Shown piece after piece: positions 27,801 to 40,194 of a DNA stretch of 64,000 bases. The translations under genes and the position numbers were made by a program. A model generated the notes under the pieces. It did no database searches, was not told the origin of the DNA, and worked only from the letters and a program-made list of their open reading frames with translations. Each line of letters starts with the position of its first letter. The first letter of the stretch is position 1. This stretch comes from Lingula anatina (taxonomy: Eukaryota; Animalia; Brachiopoda): the NCBI GenBank assembly GCA_051362555.1, contig CM120640.1:10974001-11038000 (forward strand), given 5' to 3'.

Positions 27801-28382
27801 TATTCGGTAAACATTCTCTTTATGAAGATTTCTGTTACTGAATTGATTATACCCTTTACCAAAACAATGTTGCAATGATAGATTTTTTCGTAACCCGCAT
27901 CACCTCGTCGTACATTGAGCTGATGATAGGGTTCTGCTTCATTGTAATATTTCAAGAAGTTATTGTTGGAAGTTATCCACGGACATCTTCCCTTTCTAGG
28001 GGGAAGAGACCAGTTTTAATTACTGCAACTTTCATAGATCATGTACAAACAAAAAAATTGGATTTAAGACTAGCTTTTTTTATCTTAATACTCATTTTCA
28101 TTTAAAATTATGTCATAATTTATTTAAGGCCTTATTAAACAATTAATAATTTTTATCTTATACAATACTTGCAATTTTTTGTTGTCAGAAAAACACGTTA
28201 GATTGAGTTTAAGGATTTGTAGTAATGCATTATTATTAAATGTGACGCAGTCGACAATTATATTTCACATTGTGTATGATAAAGTAATGAGTTTTAATCC
28301 GTTTGTCTTTGTGTCTATACATGACCCATTTTAATTATAATTCAATAAATTTAAAGCACCTTTTGATTCATTCCGTTCTTAC

Positions 28383-28461
28383 CATTTTGGCCATAGGAAT
28401 AGTTTGAGAGGTCGCCATAGTGATGGAGCTTGTCTGCAAAATAGCCAGGACTGTTAACCGT
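28383..28461 (-). CDS. MyoD: MyoD exon 2 (79 nt)
   Basis: ttttcttttcag|ACG...AATG|gtaag, phase 0 to 1, which exactly bridges exons 1 and 3. Encodes TVNSPGYFADKLHHYGDLSNYSYGQN(G). Confidence 0.85.
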
Positions 28462-31400
28462 CTGAAAAGAAAATATTCTCTCTGAAATATGAGTTTGCAA
28501 TCAAATATGGTGGAACCTTTTATAAGTGACGCTAAATGCAGAATTAAAGTGATTCACATTCATTAAAAGATGAAATTGAATAGAATTGAGAGGAAAATGA
28601 TACTGTCATAATCATAAATAAAATAACGCAAGACCACAACCTATCAAAATAAAATTCTGTGATTTTAGCCTCTTGCACAAATGCCTCTGTGGTGGAAGGA
28701 GGAAAGAAGTGCCGATTATTACCCGCAAGTGGCAATTTCACTATGATCCCTGTTATTAGAAATAACAAAAGGAAACCACGGTTTATTTTTCCGAGGTAAT
28801 GGTGGATCAAAGTACTGCATACACACACATAACACGATTAGGATTTTTACTTGTTTTTTCTACCTGTTAACGTTCTTGGTTTTATTTTTTACCTTGTTAA
28901 GCGTATTCTCACATATTGGCACAACTGATGAAACACGTTTTTGTCCAAACACCTCATTTAATAGCTGTCTTTCTTCTTGCCTTGCAACTCATGCGTTACT
29001 GTGCCAACCCATGAGTAACTGTATCAACAATCATACCAATAATGTCAAAGTTTATTTTTTGTAAAGTATCGCATTTTTTATCAAATTCACTGAAAAAATG
29101 AACTTTAATAATATGAGGATATACTTTTCTGCTGGTCACCAGGGTCGGATTTTTGAATAAGCAGACTGACCACGTGTTATGGGCATAACAGATAAGGCGG
29201 CACCGATAAGCTGTCAGAGTAAAAAATGGAAAAAGTTTGATAAAAATTTAGAAAGTGATATTTGGATCGCAGATATATGGGTGAATCAGTCTGAAGATTA
29301 TACGGATCATTATGGAAAGAAGTGCATTATTTGGAAAATATAGTTTCAGGTTCAACTAGATTCTCTATTTAAGGTCTACCTACTTCTAAGAAAGCCGTAT
29401 GGGCTGCCCTCAATATACATTGGGTTAACACAAGTAGTCCATAATTGTATTCGACATGCTGCGAGCCGAACATATTGAATTTACTACTGTCATCTTCATC
29501 TTTCAGCACAGGTTATTGGCAAGTGTAGCCGATGCGATCTATTTCTGAATCTTTCGAAACTGATACCTGTCAGTATGGGGAATCGCAACTTCCAGTGGTC
29601 TCCCGAAAGTAAATTAAATAAAGGCAACAATACAGAGAAAGGTCAGTGTATTAATCCGTTAAAAGTAATGTTTTATTTTCCTTTTGCACACTAGGGGCAC
29701 GCCTGAAACTAAAATAACTTTCCAAGTCTTGTTTTTGCCCAGTATGCACGTGACTGGTAATGTTCACAGACAACTTTCTAGGGCCGCATCAGGGAAAGTT
29801 TCGTTTGATTACCTCGACGGCATGTTTTGCTCAAGGAAACCTAGACCTCTGCTGATTACTGCTGCTCCAACCGAGGGATCTGAAAGGCTTAACACTGTTC
29901 GGTTTCTAGTAAGATAGAAATCTAGGCCGATCATAAAAAGGCAAATTGTTAATCTGAATATTTTTCATCGACTCAACAATTATCAATTTCGCTTTCTTTT
30001 GACAACTTTTTCAATCCAAATGCACAGAAATTAACATAAAATTCTGCAACAGTCTAATCATAGTTTAAAACTTATTTAATCCGGCATCCATAGATTTATA
30101 AACACAACTTAATTATTGACCATTACTTCAGTTAGATGCTTGTCGACCAAATCATTCAAAACATTGGTACGTGCATCCTGAAGTTTTAGTTATAACGGCA
30201 ACTTTGAAATGTAACAAATAAGTTTTACTGGTTGAGATGCGAGGTTCTGTTACTTCTGTATGAAAAGGGGGCAGCGAATTCAAGGGTTACCAGTAAACAG
30301 TATTTCTAATGAGTTAAGACTAACTTGATAGCGTTTCTAAAATTAATTGAGCTTTTTCAAAGGTTTGATTCGGGGATTAGTGAATCAGTTTATGTGTACA
30401 ATCTAGGTGAAGGTGATATTAACTTTTACATTGGGTGTGGTCCGTGTACCCTACGAGGCGCTGTTTTCCTTTCGCCAAGACAAAAATTTTAATCGTTGCT
30501 TTTATGACATATACAAAATAATCTTTCGTGTTCTCACTGTCTTTCAGCGCCATATTTTTCTATTTTTCATCTCCGTTTTTCTTCTTCATGCACAGTCTGG
30601 AAAATTTCAACTGACTGTGATAATTGAAGTGAGTGGTATCGGATACAAGACACTTCTTTACGACTTAAACCACTTAAGTTTGTTGTTAAACATTTATTGG
30701 CTCAGGCAAAGCTAATTTGCTGTATCTTTACCGCCTTTTGAAGTTTATGGTGGATGAGAAAAAATTAATATTGAGACGAATATGCAGAGAAAACTTCACC
30801 TCCCCGTTTGATGGCGATTTTCTTATTATATTTTGAAATACTTTACTGTATTAGTATAGGCAGTGAATTTCACTTGAATTATAGAGAGATGCAACTTTGT
30901 CCTGTTTTCCCTAAATTAAAATCTTGAAACATACTGTTCTCCCAAATTAAAGTAATTGTTGAGAAAATGAAAAATTGATTCTTGTTTCATGCAACTCCGC
31001 GCAATGGGGTCAACAAAAACCTGTTACCTAAGTTTAGTCACCTCGAATCTTTGGAACTTAAAATTAATTCGGCACGCTCAGTGTAGCGTGATGGCAGTCG
31101 AGATGCAGTGCTTCCGTTCGTCAATTCAGGTCGTGTGTTGCTACCATCTGGAACCGCCATGATTGTATAATCGCATATTTTGTATCAGTCACTCATTTAT
31201 TTATTAATCATATTCATGTCTCTTTCAAATCTGCTCTTTTAAGAATGCAGAATGTCGCTTATTAATATTCTTTATATTAGAATCTTATTTTTTCATTCGT
31301 GTATTTCATGTTTGGCAATATTTTATTTCATATTTGCTTGATAATCAAATTTCCGAGTAAATTTCCGACATACATCTTCATCTTCCCTGATGAGTGGCGT

Positions 31401-32036
31401 GCGTGGGTGTGATAAGAATTACAAATGATTTAACTCTCAATCTCAAAAAAATATATATTTCAGGCCGCCTTCCCGGGGAGAAGCTCTGAAAGTATTTTCT
31501 CAAGTGGCTAATTTGATACGATAGGTGTGAAAACGGCAGAGGATTTGTAATACAGAATAAGCACTTTAATTTATTTAGATACATTTGAAACAATAAACAC
31601 CGCAGCTTCTTAATTGGCTGCAGGTCCAGATCAGTGCTGCTTCTAAGTTTCATTAGACAGATTACTGATGGGAGGAATCAATTAGATACTCGGAAGGAAT
31701 TAAGAAGCGCGAGAAATTACCCTGCACGTGCATTGAAAGCTGGACTTAATTATAGTCGATAGATTCCAAAGATTTCACTCTGAAGCTCCCCAAACTTCAT
31801 CCAGTCAAATTTTCTCGGACAGCTCTCTTCGGAACCTTGACACGACATTTAACGCTCTAATCATTCGTCGATAAAAGTTCAGTTTTAAACCATAAATCAC
31901 ACATAAGTCGAATTTTGTGAAAAAAATAACCTTCAGCGCTTTTATTTTTCTTTTGCTTTTTTTTTTAAACATGTCTCCCCTCTGTTCTAAAATTATTTTT
32001 TAAGCAACTACTCTGTATTTACTTTTTTCTTTTATC

Positions 32037-32453
32037 CTAGGATCTAGTGTAACATGACTGAGCTTCCGATAGGAAAACCAGAGACTTGGAGACAGTAAAT
32101 GCACCCTGAAATTAGTGTCAAGAGGACGTACATGTAGGACGGTGAAAACAGCCCACATACCCCAGGAAACTAATAATTAATAATCAAGTTATCGTTTTGC
32201 ACATTTTTGAATTGAAAATAATTAAAGTGAATCAGTTTGTTCCAATGGAAATAGTGTAAAATTGATTTGCTTCTGTTTTCTCAATTATCTTTAACACCAA
32301 GTATTTCTGAGGTGGGGAATTAAATCAAGCTAAGAAGTCAATGAATATATCAGCTGATACTTGCGGATTAAGATGATTAAGAAAAGCGGGTCAAAGTAAA
32401 GTGTTTGTGGTGTGGCGTTGTAAAATACATTAAGTGTATTTATTCATGTTCAT

Positions 32454-32498
<45 letters not shown>

Positions 32499-33045
32499 AT
32501 CACATCATAAAACAAACTATATTAAGTATCTAATGCATTTGCCTTTGAGGAGTAAAATTAAACACAACATTAAATTATTAATTTTTTCTCCAACGGAAAT
32601 TCAATTTCTTTATTAAATGAAAAGTAGAAAAAACAGATGAGTCATGGGGTAATAAAAAAAAACTGAAATTCTTCATTAAAAATTCTGAATGTACATTTTA
32701 TAACTATTTAGTAAAAACACTCTTGCAAGCTTTTAAAAACATCATCTCTTGTTTAACAAGATTGCTGTGTTGATTACATTTAATTTGTCAAGCCTCTTTT
32801 TTAAAAATTACTTTCTTAAAATGTCGTTTCCTTTGAAAGTTGTTTTAAATAAAAATTACCCCCATCTCGCGTCCTGTAAATGTTTAACACGTGTGATTCA
32901 CTACGTAGAGCACGTTTCGCTCTTGACGACATGTGGATGTTATTGTTTTTCTATTATCTTAGGATCTGCTGTTACATGAACGTGCTTCCGATATGAAAAC
33001 CAGACATTTGGAGACAGTAAATGTACCCTGAAATTAGTCTCAAAG
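32037..33045. repeat. Two diverged copies of a ~90-bp segment (about 32035-32125 and 32957-33045) in MyoD intron 1
   Basis: Both read aggatct..gt.acatga....gcttccgata.gaaaaccaga...ttggagacagtaaatg.accctgaaattagt.tcaa. Confidence 0.9.
32455..32494. repeat. (CA)n microsatellite
   Basis: Direct reading. Confidence 0.95.
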
Positions 33046-33233
33046 TCAAGGAGCGGTACGACAGGAGGGCAAAAAATAAATATAATGAACCAAGTTTAAG
33101 GGACTGTACATATGAATATGATTACACGCTATGCAAGTCTGTCGACCAATGATTACTTTTCAGTGTTTTCGGCAGTGTTTATTAATCACAGTTGTACTAT
33201 TGTATTGTTTTCAATCATTCCACTGTCACTCAC

Positions 33234-34196
33234 CATGTAATCAGAGCCACTGCTTGTTGACCCGTTGTCGTTGTTGTTATCATCCCCATGGCCCATTCTA
33301 CTGCCGTGAAGGAGATCTTCTAAACTCTCGATGTATTCGATGGCATTCCGTAAAATTTCCACTTTGGGGAGACGCTGATTGGGATTGGGGCACGTCCGGC
33401 GTTTCAGTGTCTCAAAAGCTTCGTTCACTTTACGTAAACGTCGACGCTCACGCAGCGTCGCTGCTTTCCGCCTGTCTATTGTGACGGTCTTTTTCTTGCA
33501 GGCCTTGCACGCCCAGAGGAGACAGCGACGGTTCCCTGGCCCGTGGAACCCTGGGGCAAGAATGTGTGGGATGTGTTCCCCGTCCCCATCCTCCTCTTCG
33601 GACCCCACGTCAGACTCCATGTCTTCAGCCTTCACGTCACTGTGGTCGTGACGGTCATGGTCTCGGTCTTGTTTCGTTTTGTTGCTTTCACTACCGCTAC
33701 TGTCTTTTTTGTTCATTTTGTTACCGTTATTGTTGTTGTCATTCCCACATTTCTTGTCTTCGCCCTGTGTTGACATTGGTGAACTTGGTTCAGATTTGGT
33801 GTTTGCCTGTGAATTGGGTGAACAGTTACTACTGTCCCTGGGTGCATACTCTAAGTCTGTAGACTGTCTCTGAAAATTGCTCTGGACATTATAATAGTGT
33901 TGATTAGTTGTGGGTAGGTTACGGTAGCCATATGTCTCTGGAAAGTGACTTCTTTCATATCCTCTTGCATATGTTCCCGTCGCTTGGCCGTAATAATCGA
34001 CACCAATGCTGGCTGAAGGGTGATGATGAGAGTGGGAAATGTCCATTAACTGCCCTGGGTCCGTCATGTCCATCCGTCGGAAACTCGGGTGCTGTGTCGG
34101 GTAGTATGGCCCTGGTCCCATGGCGGCCGCGGCTGCTGCGGCTGCTGCAGCGTTTGGATCATACCTACAGCTTCGCATATCTGTCATCATCATCAT
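33234..34196 (-). CDS. MyoD: MyoD/nautilus-type myogenic bHLH factor, exon 1 (390 aa when spliced)
   Basis: His/Cys region [20 protein letters not shown], basic region [21 protein letters not shown] with the myogenic Ala-Thr code, [25 protein letters not shown]. Donor TACATG|gtgagt at 33234/33233, phase 0. Confidence 0.97.
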
Positions 34197-34260
34197 GGTG
34201 GAAGTCTAGAGAAACACCTATGTGGCAATATTCACGAGGTAAAAAGAGTAGCAACAGGGA

Positions 34261-34680
34261 ATTTATAGGCCCCGCAGCTTAACTCGACTCGACTCGACTC
34301 GTCCGGCACCCTCCTACTACACTGTTTTGTAGAGGACTTCAGCATCTACCCTCTTGCCTTACTAATTATTGGTTTAAAAGTAACAGGAAATAGAGGTGAA
34401 GTCTTGCTACCATGTACAAATTATCAGAGGGATCCGCCGAGATTCACGAGTATCGTCTGCTCAGTGTAACACATGAATGGCCCTCCTTGCCTGTGAGCTA
34501 CTTGTTTATATGCTATCGTAGTTCAGGTTTACTACTGCGTATGATCGGCGGGAAATCCGAGCTGAGCCTCCAGTCAATCAAGCAAACTTTTTCAATTAAT
34601 TAATCCAGTGTTGGAGAGTCATTACCTAGCTATCAATCAACACCGCGAGAGGATCATACCGACCAATAGGGATGGTTCTG
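34261..34680 (-). promoter_or_regulatory. MyoD proximal promoter region
   Basis: Minus-strand TATAAAT at 34261-34267 and TATAAA at about 34504-34510; TCAGGTTT (MEF3/Six-like) 34523-34530; TGATTGAC 34573-34580 and TGATTGAT 34632-34639 (Pbx-type); (ACTCG)4 at 34282-34301. Confidence 0.45.
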
Positions 34681-37178
34681 TCTTAGCCACTTTAATTTGG
34701 GGTGTGACTTTTTTCCATGTGCATCATCATATCCCGGTCTAAGTCATAATTTTGATATGAAACTGTTTGTAAGAATAGAACGGTTTCACGCGGTACTTCT
34801 CGCGATTGGAGATATTACGTGAAGTATTTCCTACCTTATTGTTTTAATTATACGACAACGATGCAATTATATTTAGTTGATCTCGGCGCTCTTGCAATCC
34901 CTATTTTAAATGGAATCGACCAACTTCAAAGCAGACGACAAGATTCAGGTCAACTACAGAGGTCGGCAGTGCTTGAAACTGCTACCAGATGGAGAGGGCA
35001 ATTTTTTGGTCGAAATTCAAAATTCCCTTAAGTTTTCGATTCAGGCTTAATATTTTGTCACTGTTTCGAACTTTATTTCGATTACATTTCTAAGTACACT
35101 GAATAATCACTATACTGCCGACCTTCAGAAGACACGCCTTTGTTTTTAAGTTGTTTTTGTTTGGGAGGTGACAAATTGACTTCTGGTAAAACAATTACTG
35201 TTACTTTTTTGTGCATGAATGAGAGGTTGTAGTACATAGTATGATTAATTGTTTAACAGACAATTTATTTCCTGTTTAGTTTCAAATGTACTTTGGTTAA
35301 TTTTGGTGTAATTACTTTTCCTTCTCAGTCAGTTTTCTTCATTTTTTTCCCCTCTTTTTTCTATTAAATTAATTTTCTCTTTTAACCGTTTTCAAGATTT
35401 AGCTTTTTCTCTTCTCTTTTTTTTTACAAGCGCACCAGCACCGATGTAAAATTACACCGTGACACCTGAAGGGTGGCTAGACATAACTAGAGGAAGGATG
35501 GAGAGCTCATCTATTATCAAATTAATATAAACGGACTTCGAGAATGGAGAGGTTCGTCCCACTTTCTAGGCATAAGTTAAGGGGCGCTCATGAAAAAAAA
35601 CCCAGAAAATGGACCGAAGACGCAGAAAAGAAAAAATAGTCTTTAACATATGCTGGCAAAATCGCATGAGACAGGTACATTAAGAGGTAGAACTAAGCAG
35701 GCCAATCAAAATACAGCTAGCAATATTGATACTCGTTTTTAGCAAATTAACAAATATTAAAAACAAACAGTAACATTGCTTATTTAAACTTTGAATTCGA
35801 GCGTAATAGCTTTAGTGTAAAAATAAACCCTAGACTTGTTACTTGAGTCCACTGGAGACTTTGGCAAGCTAAAAGATTCTAATGAAGGCCAGAGTCAATG
35901 TCTTTAAAGGCAATCAGTGAGTTAGTGTAAGTTTCTTAACTTTTCTTTTGAAGTTTAAGAAGTGGTATGCTACGAATGGGTTTATGAGACACCAATGCTA
36001 AAGCTAATTAATAGCTAGCGAGCTAATCGAATAATCCGATGTTTTCGTTGTGTCAAACTTTGTTGTAGAGTTTTCCCGGATTGGCCTTGTAACCGCAGCG
36101 CCCCCAGGCTACCGATGTGTTCTCTCAAAGCAGTAGCGTTATTTTCAAAGTTTATCGGCAATTCTGGCTTATTTATGTACATTAGTCTATCGACATTTTG
36201 GGGCCTTTGTACATATTTACAGCCATGTATTACCTTCAGCTCTTTAGGTAAAGGCCTATTAAGCAATTCAGGTTACTGATGGAAAATTAATAAGACACGC
36301 TTCGTTGCAGAAAAAAACGCGCTGGAGGGTTTTACGCAAAGTCTAGAATGTGAAATATCAGTGTCATATTTCGAAAATGTGGTCCGGGGGATGTACGCAA
36401 TTTATAAAACATAGGCGTATGTGCATGCGTGGTGCCAATGTTTATAACTGTACCTACTTCCAAGTGTGTGATCGCGTGCATGTGTTGTGTGCGTGCGTGC
36501 CCTCGTGTCTCTATGCCATCATTATCGCACGATTGTTCAGAAACCATTTAAATTGTCTATAAAAACAAGATAATTTATGTCTCCTTTATAAAAAGTATGA
36601 AAAGGACAAAATGAGGTTCTTTTAAAAATATACCCCTCTAAAATATAATGTCTGAGAGTTTAAAATCAACTATCATTGACCATCTCTCAAAAAATTATCA
36701 AAACTTGATGTGTTTTTGGAAATTAAAACATATCTCAAGCAGGCAGCGGAACTGCATGATGAAATACACCTAATATACAAATATTGTGACCTATTCGCAT
36801 CATAAAACCCCTTTTGGTCATCATGTTGTTGCCAGAAATCCCGATATTTCCCTTTTTTTTCATTTCCGATTTTATTAGTAATGATAATATTTTTCATACT
36901 AGAGCCATTTCACAAAAAGCTTTGGTTTGAAGGAATGCATAGGCCTTAACCAAAATCCATATCTAATTCTGGATTATAGATATCAACAAAGAGGGGGTAA
37001 TTCCTCACTTACCGCCAACACCCAACCTCGAAGAAGAATATTAAAAAGTGGTGCCTGCCATTTGAAGCATTTTTCAGAAATAAGTACAAGAAACAGGCCT
37101 TTACGAAGCCTCTGAGTGTGTGTCGGTATTACTGGGACGAGATAAGCTTCATCCTCCATTTTGTTTTGACGCTCCGCG

Positions 37179-37195
37179 TCATCATCATCATCATC

Positions 37196-37245
<50 letters not shown>
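37179..37245. repeat. (CAT)n/(TAT)n compound microsatellite
   Basis: Direct reading. Confidence 0.95.
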
Positions 37246-38231
37246 GTAGGGGTTTTTTCTTTTTTCTTTTTTGGAAGTAGTATCAATTGCAAAAGAGATG
37301 GTGGTGCATAAAGATCATAGTAAAAAAAGTTTTAGTTTTAAAACTTTCTGTCAATGACCAACTTATCTAAAGACTTTCTTTAAAAAAAGCCGCCTCTTCA
37401 GTTGATATATTCCTTAATTTCCATTTTTTTTTAAAGATTACACATCTAAAATAAAAGTAGCAGTACCATGTTTGGTCATCACTAAACATTCGGTTGGACG
37501 ATGATAATCAGTTACCTCGATCGTGTCTCTAATCATCATCCCCTAATACGATTATAGTTTTATCTTTCCTCATCTATCTCTGTATGTTTTCTTTTCGGCG
37601 GGTGCCATATCTATTGCAGTTTCAATCACCGGCTTTACCCAGAAGCTTTAATAGAATCGATGAGCCAAGATTAGATCATGGATCAAAATTAGCCAGCTGA
37701 ATCCTCGAGAGGTTTCGCCTTGGGGTGTTTCCGATGCACCTTCTGCAAATTGATTAATTAAGTTTTGAAAAGTAGCTTTTAATCATTTCCTTATCAGCCA
37801 AGCAGCTTAATTGTTGGTATTTCAGGTTATACGAAAAGCCTCTCTTTTCCTGCTGGTTTATTCAAATTAATTCTATGCGTTTATTTTTTAACGAAACAAG
37901 TCTCTTCATAAGTTTGGTGCAAACGTCTTCGGTCTCTCAACATACTGCCCATGCACAAAAAAGATCTGCATATTCAAATGATAAAAACCATTTTAAAACC
38001 CTGTTTTTGTAGACACGATACCTAAATGTTCTAGTGTCTGCTATCACTACTCTTATATGTTTGTAAAGTTTTGCGTTACTTAACTTTTTAACTTGTCAGA
38101 ACTCGTTATCATGTAATATTTCCAGTTAACTGCAGAGGGTTCTTGATGATGGGTTAAGCAAAAAATTTCACAAACCCCTGAACATGTATCTCATGCATTT
38201 CGTTATGATTTCGTTCTCCCGTCCATTGGTC

Positions 38232-38234
<3 letters not shown>

Positions 38235-38316
<82 letters not shown>
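38235..38316. repeat. (TC)n(AC)n compound microsatellite
   Basis: Direct reading. Confidence 0.95.
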
Positions 38317-38318
<2 letters not shown>

Positions 38319-40089
38319 CATATACTGAGCTGCAACAAAGTGTGCACCTTTATTGAGTCTAAAAGCCCTTTATGTCAAGCATGATGGCTTTTACCTAACT
38401 TACCAAACATTTATCAGGTGTATTCATTGCTTGTTTTGTCAACAATTTGACAGTGTTTCTATTTAAGAAAGTGTGATCAGTATCCATTGTAACTGACATC
38501 TGAGAGATGGAAAATTTTGCACAAAACTCGCGTTATTTTGATCTAAAAATTTCTTACTGCATGTTTAAGTGGTTTAATGTTTGAAAGTCATTCAAATTGT
38601 TTTCTTTAAAGTGAAAAATACGTACTGGTAGAGAAGCGTGGTTTGAGAGAGAGAAAGAAAGACTGATGCAGATGGTGTACTTAAAACTAGATATGATACA
38701 CAATGTCCATCTAAAGCTCTCTTAAACTCCAGTTAAACCACTCAGCAGTTGTACAACAGTTGAGTCATAACAAAATGTATTTACAGCTAAGAGCGAAGCA
38801 CGAAAAGAAAACATCGATACGAAACGTGTCAAAGGTAAGTCGAGCAGGCGCACAGTGCAATGTTTGAGATATTCAGCCAAAGACGCATCCAGCGCAATCA
38901 CCTGGACCCAACTGAAGCAATATGTTTGAGCATGTCTTGCACAAGCATATCGAACAGACATTCTACGTACATTTCTAACGTTGAATTCTGCGATACTTAC
39001 CACTGCTTCAAAGTGTAGATAAAGCCTGTTTGAGTATCCATAAATATATACGTTTAGAGCGTGTAGGTCTTAGATCACTGTGCTTTTTTCTCTAAAGAAA
39101 GTTTAAAAAAAAGTTATTATATAATCTGGTCAATGCCCTTACATTTTGTTGTTTTCAGTTCTTTTAATTACCCTACTTAAGTTCTGGGACATCATTAAAA
39201 AAAGCCTGTCTTTGACGTTCGTACGTAATATGGACGTTGTATGAGAAAACACACTTCGTCCTCGACCCAATCACCAATCATGACACATCTTACATATTGT
39301 CTTAGAGGGGGTACTGGGACTGTCTTTATATATTTACCCGGATTGCCTCATTCCCTGTTGAAGATGTTCTAAACAATTTCAATGTTAGTTGTTGACTGAA
39401 GAAAATCATTTCATTCTTATAACATTACAAAGCGAATGAAATTCTGAATGATGTAATAAAACTAAATGTTGCAATGAAATATGATTTGTATACATATGCA
39501 CACACAGCATTACAGGTTCAGAGAAGCTTAATAATAACAAAGTCATGCCCTTGATGCGCTTTATTGGTTGCTCAGCAGTAATGTAGTTTCTACGTCAATA
39601 TAGATTTTATACACTGTTAAATTGGTCTTGTTTGCAGGTATATACGTCAATAGATACTAATGAGTTCATCCTGAAGTTCTTACCACCGCCAGGTGTACTT
39701 CTAGATTGCCAATAATAAAATGTTTAATACTACCGACGGTTAAACTGATTAACTGGAAAGGCGACTGTCCATCTCCGAAATGATTAATGCATCTATATGC
39801 TCTCCATTTCTTCGAAAATACTGTCAATTTACGTAATGGATAAGAGAGGATAACTTACACGCAGGGCATATTCAAAGTAGTCGTATAATTACAATAAAAT
39901 AATATATTTATCCTGTAAGTGATAATATATGAGAAAGAGTGGTATAAGACACCGCTCCAGTTGAGTAATTACACGACACTTAAGCAGTCGGTTCTCAATT
40001 GGACAAGCTCTAGAAGAAAAGGAACCACAAACTCCCTTACACTGCCAGTGTTACGACTAACCGACTGACGTTAGACACAACTGGGAGAG

Positions 40090-40194
40090 ATGTGTTACAA
40101 GTTAGATTGCCGTAGTAGTTTGGTGTGGACAGTAAAACTGTTTATTGAGATTTGTGCGCTGACTGCATTATTTAACCATGCAATATTTGCAGAG
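40090..40194 (+). CDS. Neurotrophin NT-B exon 1 (signal peptide)
   Basis: MCYKLDCRSSLVWTVKLFIEICALTALFNHAIFAE followed by a perfect donor GAG|gtaagt, phase 0. TATAAG at about 39944 upstream. Confidence 0.7.

Noticed and set aside
33131-34282. Several + strand ORFs overlapping MyoD exon 1
   Set aside because: Antisense shadows of a GC-rich coding exon with no recognisable motifs.
13000-40000. Muscle microRNAs miR-1 / miR-133 near MyoD
   Set aside because: No mature-sequence match seen by eye. The tggaatgta near 16045 does not extend. A covariance-model search would be needed to exclude other miRNAs.
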